NCBI GenBank assembly: GCA_965219845.1
Contig: CBDCOP010000007.1
Span: 236,442-300,441, forward strand
DNA length: 64,000 nt
Source: Dehalococcoidia bacterium
Lineage (GTDB): Bacteria > Chloroflexota > Dehalococcoidia > Lucifugimonadales > Australimonadaceae
Direction: 5' to 3'
In this document: one piece after another, positions 57,306 to 64,000 of the stretch
Numbering within the stretch: the first letter of the stretch is position 1
Layout of the letters: the number at the start of each line of letters is the position of its first letter
Notes under the pieces: model-generated
What the model saw: only the letters and a program-made list of their open reading frames with translations
Databases searched by the model: none
What the model was told of the DNA's origin: nothing
Program-made: the position numbers and the translations under genes

Positions 57306-58130
57306 ATGGAGGCAGCCTCGGCCCAGGGTTACCGGACCAACCACCCGCTGACCGACGGGCACACGCACATAGACCAATTCGCACCCGAAGACATCGGCCC
57401 GCTTCTCGACAGAGCGCGAGAGGCGAACGTACGGCTGATTATAGCAGCAGGCGTCACCCTGGACTCCTGCCGCCGCGTGCTGACGCTCGCCGAGGCGCAC
57501 CCCCACGTGTACGCGGGCGTCGGCCTGCATCCGGCGGACCTCACCGGCTGGGTGGACGACCGCACCACCTCCGAACTCCGCCGACTCGCCAGCAATCCAA
57601 GGGTCGTCGAATGGAGCGAGACCGGGCTCGACTACATGCCCCACTCTCCCGCCTACGACCTGCAGCAGGACGCGTTCCGCCAGCAGATACGACTCGCACG
57701 TGAGTTCGGCCTCCCCCTCGTGACCCACTCCCGCGAAGCCGACGACGACACGCTCCGCCTGCTGCGCGAGGAGGGCGCAGGGGAGGTGGGCGGCGCGTGG
57801 CACTACTTCCAGGGCGATCTGCGGCTGGCCGAGCGCGTCATCGAGCTCGGCTTCTTCATCTCCCTCGCCAAGCCGCTGCTCCGCATACCGGAACTGCAGG
57901 CCGCGGTGGAACAGCTCCCGCTCGACCGTATCGTCATCGAGACCGACTCGTACCCGCAGCCGTTCAAGAAGAACCCCATCCGCCGCACGGAGCCGTGGCA
58001 CCTCCCGCAGGTCGCCGAGAAGCTCGCCGAGCTCCAGCGCACCGATGTCGAGACCGTCGCCGCCGCGACCACCACGAACTACCTGCGGATGTTGCGCGGC
58101 CGCGTGGACTTGCCTGCCAGCGAGGACTAG
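57306..58130 (+). CDS. tatD: TatD family hydrolase
   Basis: DGHTH, GLHP, ETGLDY, HSR, ETDS. Confidence 0.92.
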   Translation: MEAASAQGYRTNHPLTDGHTHIDQFAPEDIGPLLDRAREANVRLIIAAGVTLDSCRRVLTLAEAHPHVYAGVGLHPADLTGWVDDRTTSELRRLASNPRVVEWSETGLDYMPHSPAYDLQQDAFRQQIRLAREFGLPLVTHSREADDDTLRLLREEGAGEVGGAWHYFQGDLRLAERVIELGFFISLAKPLLRIPELQAAVEQLPLDRIVIETDSYPQPFKKNPIRRTEPWHLPQVAEKLAELQRTDVETVAAATTTNYLRMLRGRVDLPASED

Positions 58131-58726
58131 ATACTTCCCGGCGGGACCCCGAATACCGACCAGCCCGGGCGCATCTCGAACGAATCATGGTGTGAGATGA
58201 ACCCGCCGCCGTGGTCGGCGGTGAGTGCAAGCCCGATCGCCCACAGCGACAGCGCCTGCACCCCTTCCTTCTTGCCGAGCTCCTCCAGCGAAAAGAAGCC
58301 TGCGCCCATCGTTTCGACGCCATCCCAACGCGGTTCGCCCGAGACCAGGTCCAGCCGGAAGACCACATAGATGTTGGCGTTCGGACGGTCAGGAGTGCCG
58401 GCCGAGTGCCGGAAGCCGACAACCTCCCGCACCCTCGCAACGATCCCGGCCTCCTCGGAGACCTCACGCTCCACAGCGGCAGGGATCGCCTCGTCCGCCT
58501 CCACGTACCCCCCGGGTATCTGCCAGGTCCCCCGGCCTGGGTTGAGCCCCCGCTGGATGAGGAGAGCCTTGCCGTCCCGGATGACGACGCCCCCGCAACC
58601 GATCGACGATTCGCCGAAGTGCAGGAACCCGCAATCGTCCGACAGACACGCTGGCCGGTCGCGGCCCCCGTCGAACTTCGAGGCCAGCACCGATCCGCAC
58701 CGCGGGCAGTAGACAGGTGGACTCAT
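58127..58726 (-). CDS. Nudix hydrolase with N-terminal zinc ribbon
   Basis: CPRCG...C..CG; Nudix box GGYVEADEAIPAAVEREVSEEAG. Confidence 0.9.
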   Translation of the reverse strand: MSPPVYCPRCGSVLASKFDGGRDRPACLSDDCGFLHFGESSIGCGGVVIRDGKALLIQRGLNPGRGTWQIPGGYVEADEAIPAAVEREVSEEAGIVARVREVVGFRHSAGTPDRPNANIYVVFRLDLVSGEPRWDGVETMGAGFFSLEELGKKEGVQALSLWAIGLALTADHGGGFISHHDSFEMRPGWSVFGVPPGSI

Positions 58727-58927
58727 CACATCAACTCCTCGAGACTCCGGGCACCCGCACATCCTATCCTGCCTGTAAACCCGCACCGGATCCCCAAGGG
58801 AATGCCCCTGCCAAAGCCTCTTTCCGCCTCGTGATACGCCTCTGGGAGGGGATGGCCCTGCGTTGCGCCTGGCCGAACGACCCCGTACAGTGGGGTGAAG
58901 TTCCACTTGCGGCGCAAGGAGAGAGCC

Positions 58928-60025
58928 ATGGCCATCTGGGACAAGATACGAGGCGAATTCGTCGACATCGTCGACTGGACAGACGATTCGCAAGACACGC
59001 TCGTCTACCGCTTCCAGCGGTACGACAACGAGATCAAGTACGGCGCGCAGTTGATCGTGCGCGAAGGGCAAAACGCAGCTTTCGTGAACATGGGCCAGCT
59101 GGCCGACGTTTTCGAACCCGGCATGCACGTCCTGGAGACCGGCAACCTGCCTATCCTTTCGACCCTCCAAGGCTGGAAGTACGGCTTCTCCAGCCCGTTC
59201 AAGGCAGAGGTCTACTTCGTCAGCACGCGGCGGTTCACCGACCTCAAGTGGGGCACCAAGAACCCCCTCATGCTCCGCGACGCCGATTTCGGACTCGTGC
59301 GCCTGCGCGCGTTCGGCACCTACGCCATGCGCGTGCACGACACCGCCGTCCTGCTGCGGGAACTCGTGGGCACCTCCGGTCACTACCGTACCGATGAGAT
59401 CACCGACCAGCTCCGCAATATCATCGTCTCGCGGTTCGCCGACCTCCTGGGCGAGAGCAACATCCCCGCCCTGGACCTCGTCTCGAACTACGACGAGCTG
59501 GGTTCCTTCATGGCCTCCAAGGTCAGGCCCGAGTTCAACGCCTACGGGCTCGAGCTCACGAAGCTGCTCGTGGAGAACATCTCGCTGCCCGCGGAGGTCG
59601 AGGCGGCACTCGACAAGCGCACCAGCATGGGCGCCGTCGGCAACCTGAACGCGTTTACCCAGTTCCAGGCGGCGACCGCCGTGGAGGCCGCGGCCAACAA
59701 CTCGGGCACCGCAGGCGGAGCGGTCGGTCTGGGCATGGGAATGATGATGGGCGGCCAGCTCGGTCAGACAGCCGCGCCCCCGGCAGCGGCGCCGGCCCCG
59801 CCTCCCATACCCCAGCCGGCGCAGTTCTTCGTGGCCGTCAATGGACAGCAGGCCGGACCGTTCGGCATGGACGTGCTCGCTGCGCAGGTGCAGCAAGGAC
59901 AGCTCACTCGCGACACGCTCGTGTGGCAGACAGGCATGGCGCAGTGGGCCAGGGCAGCGGATGTCGGAACGCTCGCCGCGCTGTTCGGCGCTACCCCGCC
60001 CCCGCTGCCACCGCAGGCTCCCTAG
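58928..60025 (+). CDS. SPFH (band 7) domain protein with C-terminal GYF_2-like domain
   Basis: VRE.Q.A.F, PF.AEVYF, KWGT..P; C-terminal GQQAGPF...TLVW..GM..W. Confidence 0.88.
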   Translation: MAIWDKIRGEFVDIVDWTDDSQDTLVYRFQRYDNEIKYGAQLIVREGQNAAFVNMGQLADVFEPGMHVLETGNLPILSTLQGWKYGFSSPFKAEVYFVSTRRFTDLKWGTKNPLMLRDADFGLVRLRAFGTYAMRVHDTAVLLRELVGTSGHYRTDEITDQLRNIIVSRFADLLGESNIPALDLVSNYDELGSFMASKVRPEFNAYGLELTKLLVENISLPAEVEAALDKRTSMGAVGNLNAFTQFQAATAVEAAANNSGTAGGAVGLGMGMMMGGQLGQTAAPPAAAPAPPPIPQPAQFFVAVNGQQAGPFGMDVLAAQVQQGQLTRDTLVWQTGMAQWARAADVGTLAALFGATPPPLPPQAP

Positions 60026-60059
60026 GAGCGTCCATCCCCGGTCCTGCATCAGGAGCGCC

Positions 60060-61169
60060 ATGACAACGGAAACCCAGGTAGAGCGCGGCCCCGATGAGTT
60101 CTCGTGCGAGCAGTGCGGCTCGTTGCTGGAGTTCCAGCCGGGCGCAGGGATGCTCGTGTGCGGGCACTGCGGCTTCCAGTCTCCTCTCCCCGAGTCCAAC
60201 GAGGAGATCGAGGAGCTGGACTTCCATGAGCGGCTGGCCTCGCTGGAGAGCGGTGAGGACCTCGAAGAGGTCATCACGATCTCCTGCCCCAGCTGCGGCG
60301 CGGAATTCGAGCGGGACGCGAACCTCTCCTCCGAGGAGTGCCCCTTCTGCGGCACCACCATCGTGGCGGCGGGCGGCTCCCACAAGCAGATCAAGCCCCG
60401 CTCGCTCCTGCCCTTCAAGATGGAGCGCGAGCGGGCCCGTGCGTTGTTCCGCCAGTGGGTATCCAAGCTCTGGTTCGCTCCCAACGATTTCAAGGAGCGC
60501 GCCCGCCTGGACACGACCCTCTCCGGCATGTATGTCCCGCATTGGACCTACGATGCTTCGGTAGCCACGGAGTACACCGGCCAACGCGGGGTCTACTACT
60601 ACGTGCCGGTGGTGATATCTACAGGCAAGGGCACGACTACGGTCATGCAGCGGCGTACGGCATGGACGCCGGTGAGCGGCGTGGTGGACAACGCGTTCGA
60701 CGACATCCTGGTGCTCGCGAGCCACTCCCTCCCTCGGACGTACATGGAGAAGCTGGAGCCATGGGGACTCTCCGACCTCGTCCCGTTCCAGAGCGAATAC
60801 ATGAGCGGCTTCCGTGCCGAGAGCTACCAGGTCGGCCTCGAACAGGGTTTCGCCGAGGCCCGCACGCAGATGGACAGGCCGATACGGCAGACCATCCGGT
60901 ACGACATCGGCGGCGACGAGCAGATGATCCAGTGGATGCACTCGGAGTTCAACGAAATCACCTTCAAACACATCCTGCTGCCCGTGTGGATCAGCGCCTA
61001 CCGGTACAAGAACAAGCCATTTCGCTTCCTGATCAACGCCCGCACGGGAGAGGTGCAGGGCGAACGGCCCTGGAGCTGGATGAAGATAGTCTCGGCCGCA
61101 GCCGGTGTTGCCGCGGTGTTGGCGGCGGCTGTGGCAGCTTTGATCCAGGCCCAGCCGTCAGGAGTCTGA
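60060..61169 (+). CDS. Double zinc-ribbon protein with C-terminal TM (SPFH partner)
   Basis: CEQCG..CGHCG, CPSCG..CPFCG; LLPVW, NARTG.V.G.RP. Confidence 0.8.
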   Translation: MTTETQVERGPDEFSCEQCGSLLEFQPGAGMLVCGHCGFQSPLPESNEEIEELDFHERLASLESGEDLEEVITISCPSCGAEFERDANLSSEECPFCGTTIVAAGGSHKQIKPRSLLPFKMERERARALFRQWVSKLWFAPNDFKERARLDTTLSGMYVPHWTYDASVATEYTGQRGVYYYVPVVISTGKGTTTVMQRRTAWTPVSGVVDNAFDDILVLASHSLPRTYMEKLEPWGLSDLVPFQSEYMSGFRAESYQVGLEQGFAEARTQMDRPIRQTIRYDIGGDEQMIQWMHSEFNEITFKHILLPVWISAYRYKNKPFRFLINARTGEVQGERPWSWMKIVSAAAGVAAVLAAAVAALIQAQPSGV

Positions 61170-61198
61170 CGCGCCCCGCGCCGACTCTCTCCACCCCC

Positions 61199-62404
61199 TT
61201 ACGCCACCGCCCCGGACGCGCGAAGGCCGGCGGCCTCCTCCTCGCCGATGCCCGCCTCGGCCAGCACGGCGTCCGTATGCTCCCCCAGTTCCGGCGCCCC
61301 GCGGCGGACTCCGCCCGGCGTGCGCGAGTGCTTCACCGGCGTGTTCGTGAACGTCACCGGGCCCGCCTGCGGCGTCTCCGCCTCGATGAACATGCCGCGG
61401 AAGTTCAACTGCGGGTCGCCGGCCACCTGCGACACGTCCTGCACGGGGCCGACCGCGATGCCCGCCGGGCCGAGCAGGTCCACCCACTCGCCGGTGGTGC
61501 GCTGCGCCAGGGCGGCTTCCAGCTGTGGCCGCAACTCGTCGTAGTTGACCCGCCGCAGCCAGCCGGACGTGAAACGCTCGTCGTCCGCGAGTTCAGGCTT
61601 GCCGATGAGAGCCGCGAACCGCCCCCAGTGGCCGGTCGGGCCGTCCGACACCGCAACGGCGACGTAGCCGTCCTGCGTCGGCAGCGCCTGCACCGGCGCA
61701 GTGACCGGATGACGCGTGCCGATTCGCTCCGGCATCTCGCCGACGGCGAAGTAGCGCATCAGCGGGTTCTCCAGTATCGCTGCCTGGCAGTCGAGCATCG
61801 ACATGTCGATGTGCTGGCCGAGACCGGAGCGGTCGCGCTCGACGATCGCGGAGAGCACGCCGATCGTTGTGAACAGCGCGGCGGTGATATCGCCCATGCT
61901 GACGCCGGGGCGCACGGGCCCGCCGCCCTCGTCGCCGGTGATGCTCAGCATCCCGCCCATCGCCTGCACGATCACGTCGAGCGCGGCGCGCTTCGCGTAC
62001 GGCCCGTTCTGACCGAAGCCGGACACCGACGCCATGATGAGCCTGGGGTTCCGGGCGCTCAACGTCCCATAGTCCATGCCCAGGTTGCCCATCGTCCCCG
62101 GCCTGAAGTTCTCCGTCACCACGTCCGCGCCGTCCACCAGGCGCAGCAACGCGTTCTTCCCCGCCGGGTTCTTCAAGTCGATGACGATGCTGCGCTTGCC
62201 CCGGTTCACGCTCGTAAAGTAGGTGCTGCGCTGCTCGCCGTCCCTCCCCGTGAAGAACGGCCCGTTGCGGCGCGCCTGGTCGCCCCCGGGCTGCTCCACC
62301 TTCACCACGTCCGCGCCGAGGTCGGCGAGGATCATCGTGCAGTAGGGGCCGGCGAGGATGCGGGTGAGGTCGACGACGCGTAACCCTTCGAGCGGGCCGG
62401 GCAT
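61199..62404 (-). CDS. CoA transferase family III (CaiB/BaiF)
   Basis: DLTRILAGP, LADLGADV.KVE, NRGKRS, ENFRPG. Confidence 0.94.
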   Translation of the reverse strand: MPGPLEGLRVVDLTRILAGPYCTMILADLGADVVKVEQPGGDQARRNGPFFTGRDGEQRSTYFTSVNRGKRSIVIDLKNPAGKNALLRLVDGADVVTENFRPGTMGNLGMDYGTLSARNPRLIMASVSGFGQNGPYAKRAALDVIVQAMGGMLSITGDEGGGPVRPGVSMGDITAALFTTIGVLSAIVERDRSGLGQHIDMSMLDCQAAILENPLMRYFAVGEMPERIGTRHPVTAPVQALPTQDGYVAVAVSDGPTGHWGRFAALIGKPELADDERFTSGWLRRVNYDELRPQLEAALAQRTTGEWVDLLGPAGIAVGPVQDVSQVAGDPQLNFRGMFIEAETPQAGPVTFTNTPVKHSRTPGGVRRGAPELGEHTDAVLAEAGIGEEEAAGLRASGAVA

Positions 62405-62485
62405 GGGGCGCCTCCTTCACGGCGGACCGGATGGCGCGATTGTAGCCGCTGCGCAGGAAGGCAGACCGGAGTGGAGGGGCGTTCG

Positions 62486-63259
62486 CTAGACGCCCATCAC
62501 GTTGTAGCCCGCGTCCACGTACAGGACGTGGCCGGTGATGCCGGACGCGAGCGGGCTCGCCAGGAAGAGCGCCGCCGAGCCGACCTCTTCCTGCGTGATG
62601 TTGCGCTTCAGCGGCGAGCGGCTCGCATGTATCTCGTGCATGTTCGTGAAACCGGAGATTCCGCGGGCGGCCAGCGTGTTCAGCGGCCCCGCGGATATCG
62701 CGTTCACGCGCACGCCGAGCGGCCCGTACTCCGCCGCCAACTGCTTCACCTCATTCTCCAGCGCCGCCTTCGCCACACCCATCACGTTGTAGCCGGGATA
62801 CACCTTGTCCGCCGCGTGGAACGTGAGGGTGAGGATGCTTCCACCGTCGTCCATCTTCGCCGCGGCGGCCCGCGCCACCGGCAGAAGCGAGTACGCGCTC
62901 ACCTCGAGCGCGGTGCGGAAGCCATCCACCCCCGTCCGGGAGAACGCCCCTTCGAGGTCGTCCCGGTTCGCAAACGCCACGCTGTGTACGGCAACGCCGA
63001 GCGGCGCAACCGACGACGACGCATCTACCGCCGCCATCACCGACGCCTCGTCGAGCACGTCGCACTCCACCGCCTGCGTCCGTTCCATGCCCTCCACGAG
63101 GCCGAGCACGGAGCGGCCCATGCGCTCGTTCTGGTAGGTAACCGTGAGCGCGGCGCCCGCCGCGTGCAGGTGCTGCGCGATGGCCCACGCGATGCTCCGC
63201 TGGTTCGCCACGCCGAACACCACGGCGCTGCGGCCTGAGAGATCTATCGCCACCGCCAT
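62486..63259 (-). CDS. fabI: Enoyl-ACP reductase
   Basis: GVANQRSIAW, YNVMGVAKAALE, ISAGP..TLA. Confidence 0.95.
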   Translation of the reverse strand: MAVAIDLSGRSAVVFGVANQRSIAWAIAQHLHAAGAALTVTYQNERMGRSVLGLVEGMERTQAVECDVLDEASVMAAVDASSSVAPLGVAVHSVAFANRDDLEGAFSRTGVDGFRTALEVSAYSLLPVARAAAAKMDDGGSILTLTFHAADKVYPGYNVMGVAKAALENEVKQLAAEYGPLGVRVNAISAGPLNTLAARGISGFTNMHEIHASRSPLKRNITQEEVGSAALFLASPLASGITGHVLYVDAGYNVMGV

Positions 63260-63260
63260 A

Positions 63261-63803
63261 TCAGGCGCTCTCGCCGGGCCTGCCGGCGTACTGCGCCTCG
63301 CGGGCGTGCGGGCCGTGCCTCGGGTCGGAAACGAAGGAGACATCCGGGCGGCGGCGTCCTCGCCGCATCTCGTGCTCGATCAGCTGGAAGTCCCGCTTGG
63401 GGATGAGGTGCAGCAGGCCCTGGAACGCAAGTGGCCAGTCCTCCGGGGGCCAGCGCTTGACGTACTCCATGCGGGGCGCGATCAGCCGCGCGTCCAGCAC
63501 GTGGTCGTCGTCCGGCACGACATCGGGCTTCGTCTTCACGCGCCACGCCAGCGGGTCTGCCCCTTCGAAGCCGGGCCAGAGCGGCGTCTTGTCCTCGTAG
63601 TGCGTGCCCGAGATGGAAGCGATGGCGCCGAACACCAGCCGGTGCGTCACGTAGAACAGCACGCGGTCGCCTATCTCCATGCGCTGAACGCGCCGACGCT
63701 GCTGACGCCCCATCGCGAGCACCGAGAAATTCTTCTCGGCGCACGCGTCGAAGTACTCCGGCCAGACGGAGACCATCCAGTAGTTGCGCGGTGCGTTTGC
63801 CAC
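63261..63803 (-). CDS. EVE/PUA-like domain protein
   Basis: NYW...., GDRVLFY, D..PLW, ..DF..I pattern. Confidence 0.75.
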   Translation of the reverse strand: MANAPRNYWMVSVWPEYFDACAEKNFSVLAMGRQQRRRVQRMEIGDRVLFYVTHRLVFGAIASISGTHYEDKTPLWPGFEGADPLAWRVKTKPDVVPDDDHVLDARLIAPRMEYVKRWPPEDWPLAFQGLLHLIPKRDFQLIEHEMRRGRRRPDVSFVSDPRHGPHAREAQYAGRPGESA

Positions 63804-63903
63804 GAGCCCATACTACCATGCACCCGCTGCTCCTCTGGCAGTCTCCCTTCATGGATCGAACGCATATGGCAACGAGAAGAGTCAGTGAGGCCCCGCTCCG
63901 ATC

Positions 63904-64000
63904 ATGCGCGTGAAACCCATCATTCCCCTTGAGATGGTGTACGCGGTCTCCCCAACCGCTGCGGTGATCATGGGCGACTCACTGATGTATGTCGTGCTGC
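63904..64000 (+). other. Possible start of an MFS gene, frameshifted or starting at 63970, cut by window edge
   Basis: TAAVIMGDSLMYVVL resembles an MFS TM1; upstream MRVKPIIPLEMVYAVS is in another frame. Confidence 0.3.

Overview
High-GC bacterial chromosome segment, probably Chloroflexota (Dehalococcoidia/SAR202-like); this is inferred from gene content only. Bases 1-25.3 kb form an aromatic-catabolism region: an ABC importer, two class III extradiol dioxygenases, six Rieske ring-hydroxylating oxygenase alpha subunits with one beta subunit, two MetE-C-terminal-like Zn enzymes, SDRs, MFS transporters and an amidohydrolase. The rest is mostly housekeeping (secDF, nfo, herA, thiE, rlmD-maf fusion, tatABC, holA, ilvD, selC, trxA, tatD, fabI), with many REP-like palindromes between genes. 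Two signals are not annotated in the ORF track. (1) Between thiE and rlmD (minus strand), the C-terminal remnant of a RAMP/Cas7-like protein is followed directly by a phased (GGY-NN)n array of 5+14 units that ends in a perfect 11-bp hairpin. This looks like a non-contiguous guide RNA of a CRISPR-related, phage-type system, decayed at this locus. (2) A 71-aa leaderless ORF at 30157-30372 has two in-frame UGA codons (GUYRNURG) and a SECIS-like hairpin, and the window also carries tRNA-Sec, so this is a candidate new di-selenoprotein.
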